Of a stretch of DNA of 64,000 nucleotides, positions 42,418-50,904 are shown one piece after another (positions within the stretch are counted from its first letter, which is position 1; each line of letters opens with the position of its first letter). Source of the DNA: Candidatus Latescibacterota bacterium (GTDB lineage Bacteria; Latescibacterota; UBA2968); NCBI GenBank assembly GCA_965205975.1, contig OZ242195.1, positions 4,928,001 through 4,992,000 on the forward strand. Direction: 5' to 3'. A program made the translations under genes and the position numbers. Under the pieces are notes generated by a model. It was not told where the DNA came from. It worked only from the letters and a program-made list of their open reading frames with translations, and did no database searches.

Positions 42418-45400
42418 ATGAATCCCAAATCTTCACTTTTGCCGCGTATTTCGGTGTTGCGACCCGTGTCCGTTACCATGTGCCTTGTCGCGCTGTTGGT
42501 GCTGGGGGCGGTGGCGTATGTGCGTATGCCCGTCGAGATGATGCCCGATGGTTTGACGCCGCCCTTTTTGGCTGTGTCTGTTGGGTTTCGCAATGCCTCT
42601 CCGCAGGAGACCGATCAACAGATTACCCTGCCGCTGGAAGAGACGCTGCGTACTGTAAAGGGTATTAAGTCCATGCGTAGCTACAGCTCTCGGGGCGCAC
42701 GCGTGCATATGGAATTTCGCCAATATACAGATATGGTGGCTGCGTACAATCAGGTTTCGGATCGGCTCGAGCGCCTCAAGCCCTTGCTGCCGGAAGAGGC
42801 GCGAGACGAGGTGCGTATTCACAAATACGATCAGGATTCGTGGCCTGTTATGTATGTGGCTGTGGCAGTAGATCCGGCTATTGCGGAACCCTTTCAGTTT
42901 ATCGAGACCTTTGTGCAGTATCCTCTGGAGCGCGTGGATGGGGTTGGGCGCGTGGATATTTTTGGCGCAGATCGCAAGGAAGTGATGGTGGAGGTGGATC
43001 AAGAGCGCATGAGGGCGCGCGGTGTGCGCATTGGCGAGATTGTTTCGACCTTGAGGAGCGACAATTTCGCACTTGCCGGGGGCTATGTGCGCGAAGGCAC
43101 AAAGAAATTTTACGTGCGGTCGCTGGCGCAGTATGTCACGTTGCGGGAAATTGAAAATATCCAGATTCAATCGCGAGCAGGCAAAGTGCGCCTGGGCGAT
43201 GTGGCTTCGGTGGTTTTCGAGGTGCCCGAAAAGTCGTGGACGCAGCGCATTGATGGCAAAAGAGGTATGAGTTTTGGCATCAGACAGGAATCGGGTGCAA
43301 ATGTCGCGGATGTGACCGATCGGGTTGTGGCAAAATTGAATGCTATCGAAGAAGATCCGCGCATGGCCGGGCAGGTGTCGTTTCAGGTGATGTTCAATCA
43401 GGGATTTTTTGTTAAGGAATCGATTCGCAACCTTCGGGAAACCGGGCTTTGGGGCGGGTTATTTGCCGCACTGGTGTTGTTGTTCTTTTTGCGTACCGTG
43501 CGGATGACGGCCATTATTACTTTGGCTATTCCGCTGTGTGTGATGATTGCGATGACCGCGTTGTATTTTGTCGGCTGGTCGCTCAATGTGGTGACTATGA
43601 TGGGGCTTATGGTTGGGATTGGGCTGGTTGTGGATAATGCTATTGTGATTTTGGAGAATATTTATCGCCGGCGGGGCAATGGCGAGGCACCCGAAGATGC
43701 CGCTATCTTTGGCGCGAGTGAGGTGGGGCAGGCCATTACTATGGCGACGTTTACGACGGTAGTGGTGTTTTTGCCCATGATGTTGTTTAGCGGCAATATG
43801 TTTATGACTTTTTACATGACGCGCATGGGTGTTCCGGTTGGGGTGGCTCTGGTGGGGTCGCTATTTGTGGCGCTGTTGTTTATTCCCCTGGCGTCGGTGC
43901 GATTGGGCAAAGGTCGGGTGCGTCCCAATCCCCAAATTATTGTGAAGGCGCGAGGAATTTATGAACGCATGTTGAGTTGGACATTGCGACACCGTCGGGA
44001 CGCGGTGTTGATCGCGCTGGCACTTGCGGCAACGACGATGTATCCCATGGATAATCTGAAGCGCGCAGACCGCCACCGCGGGGACAAGTTTAACGATTTG
44101 GACGTGCGGTTGAGGTTGCCGCGTCACTTTTCGCCAGAAGAAACCGAGGATATTGTGGGAGAGGTCGAGGAATTTCTGGAGGCACGGCGCGAAAAATACG
44201 GCTATGAAACCCTGCGCGTTTACTACCGACCTGGCTACGGTAATCTGAGCATGTATATGCCGGCCAAGAGCGATGATCCGTGGTGGTACGTGGCGTACAA
44301 AAATACGCGCAATGCTCTGGGGATACCCGTTGCTGGGCCTATGGAACGAGCTGAGGTCGTGGAAGATATTAGCAAAAATATGCCCAGATATGTGGGTGTG
44401 CGGAATTCCGTGGAAGGGCGTGGCGATGGGGGCGGTGGTGGCGAGCCGGGCGTGTCAATTTATCTGGTAGGCGATGATACCGAGGTCCTGGTCAGTCTCG
44501 TCGATGAGGTGGAGCGGCGTTTGAGGCAAATCCCGTCTCTCGTTGGCGTTGATACGGATTTGGAACTGGCCGATGACGAGGTGCGGGTCGTGATTGATCG
44601 GGAGCGGGCGAAACGACTTGGGATTTCTGTACGGGATGTTGCGCGCTATATTTCTTATGGCCTGCAAGGCGTGTCGTTGCCTCGTTTTAAGTCCGATGAC
44701 GGCGAGGTGCGGGTGCGGCTTTTTCTGGAGAGGGCAGACCGACAAAATTTGAATCAGTTGCGCAATTTTCCGTTTGAGACCGACGATGGTACAGAAGTGG
44801 CTTTGAGCGAAGTCGCCTTCTTCCAGGTCTCGCGAGGGATGGGGCGCATTGCGCGGTACGATGGCAAGGTCAAGTTGCGTATCAGAGCTTATACGACGCG
44901 GGCAGATATTAAGGGTCTGGCCGAGGAGATTGACAAAGTGATGGATGGTCTCGAGTTGCCCCGCGGGTATTCGTGGGACAAGGGTGAGAGTTTTAAACGC
45001 CTTGAAGAGGACGCAGCCTCTGAGCGACTGGGGATTGTGATGGCGGTGACGTGTGTGTTTTTGTTGATGGGCGTTTTGTTCGAGTCGTTTATTTTGCCGT
45101 TTTCAGTGCTTTTTTCAATTCCATTTTCTTTTTTGGGTGTTTACTGGACGCTGTATTTGACAGATACGCCCATGGATAGAATGGCGTCTGTGGGGGTGAT
45201 TGTGTTGATTGGGGTGGTGGTGAATAACGCGATTGTGCTGGTGGATATGGTCAATCGCTTGCGTGCCGATGGTATGAATCGCTTTGATGCAATTATGGAA
45301 GCGGGGCGCAATCGCTTTCGTCCCATTTTGATGACGACGTTTACAACGGTATTTGGCTTGCTGCCTATGGCAGTGGGCGATAGCAATGCTATGGGTACGT

Positions 45401-45585
45401 CTTATGCGCCTTTGGGGCGCACGATGATGGGCGGGCTGTTGGCTTCGACATTCCTGACTTTGCTGGTTGTGCCTTTGTTTTATACTTTGCTCGACGATTT
45501 GCGTCTGGCGATTCGGCGTTTGAGCGCTGGTGTGTTTGCCTCTCGCGCTGGCGATGAGGTTTATGATACGGCTGACGATGATTGA
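42418..45585 (+). CDS. RND efflux permease (AcrB/MdtB-like), no adjacent MFP or OMF gene
   Basis: 1055 aa; GLVVDNAIV, NNAIVLVD and RFRPILMTT motifs. Confidence 0.92.
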   Translation: MNPKSSLLPRISVLRPVSVTMCLVALLVLGAVAYVRMPVEMMPDGLTPPFLAVSVGFRNASPQETDQQITLPLEETLRTVKGIKSMRSYSSRGARVHMEFRQYTDMVAAYNQVSDRLERLKPLLPEEARDEVRIHKYDQDSWPVMYVAVAVDPAIAEPFQFIETFVQYPLERVDGVGRVDIFGADRKEVMVEVDQERMRARGVRIGEIVSTLRSDNFALAGGYVREGTKKFYVRSLAQYVTLREIENIQIQSRAGKVRLGDVASVVFEVPEKSWTQRIDGKRGMSFGIRQESGANVADVTDRVVAKLNAIEEDPRMAGQVSFQVMFNQGFFVKESIRNLRETGLWGGLFAALVLLFFLRTVRMTAIITLAIPLCVMIAMTALYFVGWSLNVVTMMGLMVGIGLVVDNAIVILENIYRRRGNGEAPEDAAIFGASEVGQAITMATFTTVVVFLPMMLFSGNMFMTFYMTRMGVPVGVALVGSLFVALLFIPLASVRLGKGRVRPNPQIIVKARGIYERMLSWTLRHRRDAVLIALALAATTMYPMDNLKRADRHRGDKFNDLDVRLRLPRHFSPEETEDIVGEVEEFLEARREKYGYETLRVYYRPGYGNLSMYMPAKSDDPWWYVAYKNTRNALGIPVAGPMERAEVVEDISKNMPRYVGVRNSVEGRGDGGGGGEPGVSIYLVGDDTEVLVSLVDEVERRLRQIPSLVGVDTDLELADDEVRVVIDRERAKRLGISVRDVARYISYGLQGVSLPRFKSDDGEVRVRLFLERADRQNLNQLRNFPFETDDGTEVALSEVAFFQVSRGMGRIARYDGKVKLRIRAYTTRADIKGLAEEIDKVMDGLELPRGYSWDKGESFKRLEEDAASERLGIVMAVTCVFLLMGVLFESFILPFSVLFSIPFSFLGVYWTLYLTDTPMDRMASVGVIVLIGVVVNNAIVLVDMVNRLRADGMNRFDAIMEAGRNRFRPILMTTFTTVFGLLPMAVGDSNAMGTSYAPLGRTMMGGLLASTFLTLLVVPLFYTLLDDLRLAIRRLSAGVFASRAGDEVYDTADDD

Positions 45586-45596
45586 GAGGATGTGTG

Positions 45597-45686
45597 ATGG
45601 AAACGGTCATTGGCATGGTTGCGGCAACCGTGTTATGTCTAATTGCGGCCTTGATAGTGAGGTGGCAAGCAAAAAAGAAGAAGTAA
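45597..45686 (+). CDS. Unannotated 29-aa single-TM small protein METVIGMVAATVLCLIAALIVRWQAKKKK
   Basis: GAGGA RBS, ATG 12 nt after the RND stop, ~18-aa hydrophobic helix, basic tail, terminator immediately after. Confidence 0.7.
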   Translation: METVIGMVAATVLCLIAALIVRWQAKKKK

Positions 45687-45691
45687 CGATT

Positions 45692-45719
45692 GTGGCGGTT
45701 TTGAGACCGCCACTTTTTT
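45692..45719 (+). terminator. Intrinsic terminator
   Basis: gtggcggt-tttgag-accgccac followed by T6. Confidence 0.85.
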
Positions 45720-45731
45720 GTTGGATTTATT

Positions 45732-46760
45732 ATGATTGAGAACGACAGTTTAGACAAACGCCCGCTGATGGGCATTACAATGGGCGATCCGTGTGGGATA
45801 GGACCCGAAGTGATTTTGAAGGCTCTGGCGCGTGAGGAAAGCTATCGCGTGTGCAAGCCGCTGGTTATTGGGCATCCGGAAATATTGAAGCGCGATATGG
45901 GTATGGCCAGTGTGCGACTGAATGTGCGGGTTGTGGAGCGACCCGAAGATGGCGCGTTTGAGTTTGGATGCGTTGATGTCTGGTGTCCAGTGGATGTGGA
46001 TGTGGATCAGATCGCTATGGGCGAGGTGTGTTGCGAGGCGGGTAGAGTAGCGGCTGAGTGGGTGATTCGCGCGGTTGATCTGGCGATGGCGGATCGCATT
46101 GACGGGATTGTGACGGCGCCTTTGAATAAGGAGGCGATGAATCTGGCGGGTTATCCCTACGCGGGGCATACGGAATTGTTGGCTGAGAAATCGGGCGCAG
46201 AGCGCGCACATCTCATGCTGGTATCTGATCGCATGAATGTGTCGCATGTGACGGGGCATATTGCGTTACACGAGGTTCCCGATAGGCTTACGGTTGATCT
46301 GATTTACGATACGGTTCGGCTTACCCGTGATGTACTCGTTGGTATGGGCAAGATAGATCCCAGGGTTGCGGTATGCGGGTTAAATCCACACGCGGGTGAA
46401 AATGGCTTATTCGGTAGCGAGGATGCAGAGGTCGTCCGTCCCGCAGTTGAAAAGGCTTTGAGCAAAGGCTGGCGCGTTGATGGGCCTCTGCCTGCGGATA
46501 CGACTTTTTTGAAGGCCTACAACGGAATTTACGACGGCGTGGTGGCGATGTATCACGATCAAGGCCATGTGCCCGCAAAGCTGGTGGCGTTTGACGAGGC
46601 CGTCAATGTGACTCTGGGATTGCCGATTGTGCGGGCGTCTGTGGATCACGGTACGGCTTATGATATCGCGGGCAAAGGTGTTGCCAAAGCCGTAAATATG
46701 TTGCAGGCGATCCGCGTGGGGAGTAAGTTGGCGGTTCAGATTACTCCATCCCCGCAATGA
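45732..46760 (+). CDS. pdxA: 4-hydroxythreonine-4-phosphate dehydrogenase (PdxA/PdxA2 family)
   Basis: GDPCGIGPE, GHTE, LNPHAGE, MYHDQG and DHGTA motifs. Confidence 0.92.
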   Translation: MIENDSLDKRPLMGITMGDPCGIGPEVILKALAREESYRVCKPLVIGHPEILKRDMGMASVRLNVRVVERPEDGAFEFGCVDVWCPVDVDVDQIAMGEVCCEAGRVAAEWVIRAVDLAMADRIDGIVTAPLNKEAMNLAGYPYAGHTELLAEKSGAERAHLMLVSDRMNVSHVTGHIALHEVPDRLTVDLIYDTVRLTRDVLVGMGKIDPRVAVCGLNPHAGENGLFGSEDAEVVRPAVEKALSKGWRVDGPLPADTTFLKAYNGIYDGVVAMYHDQGHVPAKLVAFDEAVNVTLGLPIVRASVDHGTAYDIAGKGVAKAVNMLQAIRVGSKLAVQITPSPQ

Positions 46761-47118
46761 TGTCGAGGAGTATGAGGTGTGCGCCGGTGTCGCCGAAGAT
46801 GGGTGTGCGCGTGGGTGCGTTTTCTGGGAAAAATTCGGCGTAGGCGTCGTTGAAGTCCGAAAAAAGAGAGCGATCTTTGAGGATGGCGGTTACTTTTAGA
46901 ACGTTGTCGAGCGATGTTCCCGCGTCTTCGAGTATGCCCGATATGTTGGTGAGAATGCATCGGGTTTGCGTTTTGATATCGTCGCCGACAATTTCATCGG
47001 TTTCCGGATCGACCGGGGGTTGGGCAGAGATGAAGATGAGGTCGCCGTAGATTATAGCCTGGGAGTAGGGGAATTTGGGGATGTTGCCGCGTTTGCTGGT
47101 GAAGGGTTGTTTTTTCAT
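46741..47118 (-). CDS. RidA/YjgF family protein
   Basis: PYSQA, NVLKVT, FN..YAEFF and PTR motifs. Confidence 0.88.
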   Translation of the reverse strand: MKKQPFTSKRGNIPKFPYSQAIIYGDLIFISAQPPVDPETDEIVGDDIKTQTRCILTNISGILEDAGTSLDNVLKVTAILKDRSLFSDFNDAYAEFFPENAPTRTPIFGDTGAHLILLDIIAGME

Positions 47119-47271
47119 TGGGTTCTCCTTTTGAGAATGAATGGTGAAGTTTAAATATAATTCTCAATGCGAAAAATAAAAAGATTTAGATATGGTATGG
47201 GAGATGATAGGTGGGAACGTTCTGGCGTATTGGGTGGTCTAAGGATTAGTGCTAAAAAATAGGAATGCGTT

Positions 47272-47751
47272 TTGGATATCTCAACTCAACGATCTTGGCG
47301 GGGAGACGCCGATACGCTTCGGCGTTTTGTTCTCGCTATTTTGATAATGGGAATTGTCGGCACGGGAGCCGAGCTTGTCCTCCTTGAACATATGGAGGAT
47401 TTCTGGCAGTGGGTGCCTCTCGTGCTCTTTGTGGTGGCACTTCCGTGCGCTGGCTGGCTCTTTATCGCGCCTGGCGTGGCGAGTGTCCGCGTTTTTCAGA
47501 TTGTGATGGTGCTGTTCGTTGTTTCGGGTTTTGTCGGGCAGTGGCTTCACTACAAGGGAAACGTCGAGTTCGAGTTGGAGATGTATCCATCCCGCGGTGG
47601 GCTTGAACTCGTTTGGGAAGCTCTGGGGGGCGCTACCCCGTCGCTTGCACCAGGTACGATGACACTTCTCGGGTTGCTCGGTTTAGCGGTTTGTTTTCGC
47701 CACCCCGGTTTGCGGGCTGGTGAAGTGAGAAATTCTCAGGAGGGAACATGA
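47272..47751 (+). CDS. Hypothetical 4-TM membrane protein
   Basis: Four hydrophobic segments; ATGA overlap with the next gene. Confidence 0.7.
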   Translation: MDISTQRSWRGDADTLRRFVLAILIMGIVGTGAELVLLEHMEDFWQWVPLVLFVVALPCAGWLFIAPGVASVRVFQIVMVLFVVSGFVGQWLHYKGNVEFELEMYPSRGGLELVWEALGGATPSLAPGTMTLLGLLGLAVCFRHPGLRAGEVRNSQEGT

Positions 47752-48446
47752 ATATTTGCGGAAGAGGCGTAAAGTTTACCAATATGGCGGTACTGTTCGT
47801 GTGTTTTGCGATGCTCTGGGGTTGTGGTGGGTCGAACGTGGATGAGACACCTGTCTCCGACGCTCCCGCGGAAGAAGCTGCGAGTAGTGCAATGGTCGTC
47901 AATCCAAATCTCGCAGGAGCCGATGAACTCGGCGCCCTTCCCGGGATGAGCAAGGAACTCGTTGACGCGATTGTGGCGCAGCGCCCGTTCTTGGGAATGG
48001 AAGCATTGCACCCGGTCGTGTCACAGCATCTGGGCCAGGAGGAGATCGAGAAGCTCTACGTTCAGATGTATATTCCGATTAATCTGAATACCGCCAGCGA
48101 GGAGGAGATTCTTCTGGTACCTGGCGTGGGAAAACGGATGGCGCACGAGTTCGAGGAGTACCGTCCGTATTCGGCTATCGCCCAATGGCGCCGTGAGATG
48201 GGCAAATACGTAGATGATACCGAGGTTGCGCGGATGAAGCAGTATGTTTTTGTGCCTATTGACTTGAATACGGCTACTGAGGAGGAGATCCTCGCCATTC
48301 CCGGTGTGGGAAAGCGGATGGCACACGAGTTTGAGGAGTACCGTCCGTATTCGAGTATGGAACAGTTCCGGCGCGAGATTGGCAAGTATGTCGATGATGG
48401 CGAAGTGGCGCGTCTGGAGCGGTACGTAGAAATAAGGAGGCCGTAA
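47748..48446 (+). CDS. Lipoprotein with ComEA/PsbU-like helix-hairpin-helix repeats
   Basis: LWGC lipobox; INLNTA..EEI..VPGVG repeated as a 60-aa duplication, plus a third degenerate copy. Confidence 0.8.
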   Translation: MNICGRGVKFTNMAVLFVCFAMLWGCGGSNVDETPVSDAPAEEAASSAMVVNPNLAGADELGALPGMSKELVDAIVAQRPFLGMEALHPVVSQHLGQEEIEKLYVQMYIPINLNTASEEEILLVPGVGKRMAHEFEEYRPYSAIAQWRREMGKYVDDTEVARMKQYVFVPIDLNTATEEEILAIPGVGKRMAHEFEEYRPYSSMEQFRREIGKYVDDGEVARLERYVEIRRP

Positions 48447-49141
48447 TGTCTGTTAATCGCCGACGTTTTCTGTGTCAATCCGCTGCATTGGGTGCGGCGG
48501 TTTTTGTGACGCCAGGGGTTTTTGCCGAGCAACTGACGCTTACGCCCCGGCAAACCGAGGGCCCGTTTTATCCGGATAAAATGCCGCTGGATGTCGATAA
48601 TGATCTCGTGATAATCAACGATGCGATTACGCCCGCAGTGGGAGAGATTACGCATCTGACCGGGCGCGTTTTGGATGTGAATGCCAATCCCGTAAAGGAT
48701 GCCATCGTGGAGATCTGGCAGGTCGATCGCAATGGCGTTTATATTCATACCGATGCTCCGCGGCGCAATAGGCGAGATACAAATTTTCAGGGTTTTGGGC
48801 GTTTTGAGACGGGATCTACAGGTGAATATCGCTTTCGGACGATTAAGCCCGTGCGGTACGGGGGGGCGCGAACCGCTCATATTCATTTTGCGATTAATAA
48901 AAATGGGCACCGGCTTTTGACGTCGCAGATGTACGTGAAAGATAATCCAGACAATGAGTGGGATTCTATTTTCAGGAATACGGGTCGCGCGTCTCACGAT
49001 TTGCTGTCCGTGCCGTTTAAGCCTTTGCCCGGGTCTGAGGTTGGCGAATTGACGGCAAATTTTGATATTGTGATTGGCGAGACGCCCGAAGATCGGGAAA
49101 ATGATCGCGGACGACGAGGCCGGCGACGCGGGTGGTGGTAA
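48446..49141 (+). CDS. Tat-exported intradiol ring-cleavage dioxygenase family protein
   Basis: NRRRFL Tat signal; EGPFY, EIWQ...GVY, TIKP..Y and R.AHIH iron ligands. Confidence 0.88.
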   Translation: MSVNRRRFLCQSAALGAAVFVTPGVFAEQLTLTPRQTEGPFYPDKMPLDVDNDLVIINDAITPAVGEITHLTGRVLDVNANPVKDAIVEIWQVDRNGVYIHTDAPRRNRRDTNFQGFGRFETGSTGEYRFRTIKPVRYGGARTAHIHFAINKNGHRLLTSQMYVKDNPDNEWDSIFRNTGRASHDLLSVPFKPLPGSEVGELTANFDIVIGETPEDRENDRGRRGRRRGWW

Positions 49142-49156
49142 AAAGATAGGATATGC

Positions 49157-49185
49157 TTGACGAAATAATAATTTCTGGCTATTCT
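49157..49185 (+). promoter_or_regulatory. Sigma70-type promoter of the three-gene insert
   Basis: TTGACG-17 nt-TATTCT. Confidence 0.6.
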
Positions 49186-49246
49186 TTTTTGCACTGATGG
49201 TCCATTTCGACGACTGTGGTAAAAGCTCTGGCTAAGGATTTGCTGA

Positions 49247-49648
49247 ATGCATAGAACACCCGAGATTGTTTTCCGGGCAATGAAAGAGGATTCTGATGGT
49301 AAACCGCGAACGGGAAATTCTGCAATAACATTAGGAGTTCGCATCGAGGGAAGCCACGCTGATATTCAGATTGATAGTCAAGGACAAGTACATCCAAAGA
49401 CAGGCGGGATGTCCGTAACACCTGATGATTATAGACAACTACCGAAACATAGATTGCCCGAATCCTTGAGCGGCAGAGGACGCCACCCTATTTTTTCTTT
49501 TCAAATTGCTAACTTACCTTCTACTTTGGCTTTGCGTAAAGATAAACCAGGTCACGCCCTTGTTGAACCATCGAAGTCCTGTTTGTTCGAGGAATATGAG
49601 CAAAATTTACATGGCACCAGAGAAGATTGGGTGAAATGTCATGAGTGA
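49247..49648 (+). CDS. Tse2-like ADP-ribosyltransferase-fold toxin (putative)
   Basis: FRAM...LGVR...DI...V.P.TGGMSV...H.LVEP...T...W pattern; candidate residues R10/S56/H103. Confidence 0.62.
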   Translation: MHRTPEIVFRAMKEDSDGKPRTGNSAITLGVRIEGSHADIQIDSQGQVHPKTGGMSVTPDDYRQLPKHRLPESLSGRGRHPIFSFQIANLPSTLALRKDKPGHALVEPSKSCLFEEYEQNLHGTREDWVKCHE

Positions 49649-49928
49649 AGCTTTCGAGCGATATCGTTTTTTAGAACTTGATCTCATTTATGTCCGCTGG
49701 CAACATGCAGGATTTGAATCTGAGGAAGAAGAGTCAATCTTGGAGGATATGGATGTGGTGTGGTATGAACTGAGCGAAGAAGAGCAACAGTTACTATACA
49801 GCGAAGGGACGAAGTCTTTAATTCGCGACGCCAGCGCAACATTATCGCATAGCTTTGGAACCGATAAAGACATTCTCGGAGATTCCAATTCTGGTACGCC
49901 GGTCCGTAAACTTAAAGAGGTAGCCTGA
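49641..49928 (+). CDS. Small acidic hypothetical protein (candidate immunity/antitoxin)
   Basis: 95 aa, E/D-rich; overlaps the toxin stop by 8 nt. Confidence 0.6.
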   Translation: MSEAFERYRFLELDLIYVRWQHAGFESEEEESILEDMDVVWYELSEEEQQLLYSEGTKSLIRDASATLSHSFGTDKDILGDSNSGTPVRKLKEVA

Positions 49929-50359
49929 TGTATCTCACCGCTCACCGAGTTTATGTAAAAAAAGATAATATATGCGGTATTAACGCTTTTCTCCACCGGC
50001 ATGAAGATCATGATTTTCCCGAAGATATACAAAAAGATATAAGTATCGTTGACCGAATCCCCAATCAAAATCCAGGCACACTCATCGCAAAATCCGTAGA
50101 TTTATTGCCGGGAGGCAATGCCGTCCTCAGCTTTGTCGATATAGTTGGTAAAGAAAAAATAAAAAAAAAGCGCATACAATACTTCCTTGACCAAATGGAA
50201 CGCGATATTGAACACCATTTTCAAGAGAGTTATGTACCCATTACCAAATTTGAGTCAGATATCGCCGTTAAATTTGGAGTCACTTATGGCTTACATGGAA
50301 ATGAGATAAGAGAGTATAAGGCCCTCACAGAACCGGCAATGCGTTTATTCGAGGTGTAG
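49928..50359 (+). CDS. Hypothetical protein
   Basis: 143 aa; TGATG coupling to the upstream gene. Confidence 0.65.
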   Translation: MYLTAHRVYVKKDNICGINAFLHRHEDHDFPEDIQKDISIVDRIPNQNPGTLIAKSVDLLPGGNAVLSFVDIVGKEKIKKKRIQYFLDQMERDIEHHFQESYVPITKFESDIAVKFGVTYGLHGNEIREYKALTEPAMRLFEV

Positions 50360-50388
50360 AAGCCACCCCAGATGGTGCGAAAAGATCC

Positions 50389-50769
50389 ATGAATAGAAAT
50401 TATATATACGATTTCCGATTTACTGACGTTTTGCTGCGCGTGGTCGTTGCACTGACGCTCATGGGAATGGTTGCGCCCTGTCTGTGCTGGGCGCATCAGG
50501 CTTCGATGCCAGAGTGTCATGCTGCAGCAGAGTTGAAAGATTGCTGTTGCAGCAAAGAGGCGGCGGTCGATCAGCAGATGCCGGCGCGCGATCTGGCTGT
50601 TTTGCCGGGTGAATGGCAAAATCCAAAGTTGGATCTGACTTGTGTGACGTTGTATCCCTCTGTTGTTCTTTCCCAGAGTGATTTCCTTCCTTTTATGGTG
50701 GATGATCGCCAGAGAGCTTTGCGATCACCGCCCGATCTGTATCTCTACCACGCTGCATTTCTCATCTGA
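50389..50769 (+). CDS. Cys-rich hypothetical protein upstream of the cus operon
   Basis: Hydrophobic N-terminus, CH and CCC motifs, SPP..Y....FLI C-terminus. Confidence 0.55.
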   Translation: MNRNYIYDFRFTDVLLRVVVALTLMGMVAPCLCWAHQASMPECHAAAELKDCCCSKEAAVDQQMPARDLAVLPGEWQNPKLDLTCVTLYPSVVLSQSDFLPFMVDDRQRALRSPPDLYLYHAAFLI

Positions 50770-50904
50770 TTTTTCCTGCCTGTGCTTGAACGGTATTTGG
50801 GGATAGGTGTGTACAAATCTTTCCCAAACGGTCGTTTTTTTCGCCGCATGTTTTGCGGACTTTTTCCTTTTAAATACTAAATACAGATTCTCTGGAGGTG
50901 GCTT

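Noticed and set aside
45530..45739. 69-aa ORF from the track overlapping the RND end
   Set aside because: It crosses the terminator and has no RBS; the 29-aa ORF in another frame fits the signals better.
48075..48430. 180-bp direct repeat considered as CRISPR, DGR template/variable repeat or mobile element
   Set aside because: It is an in-frame protein domain duplication, with no spacers, no adenine-specific variation evident and no reverse transcriptase nearby.
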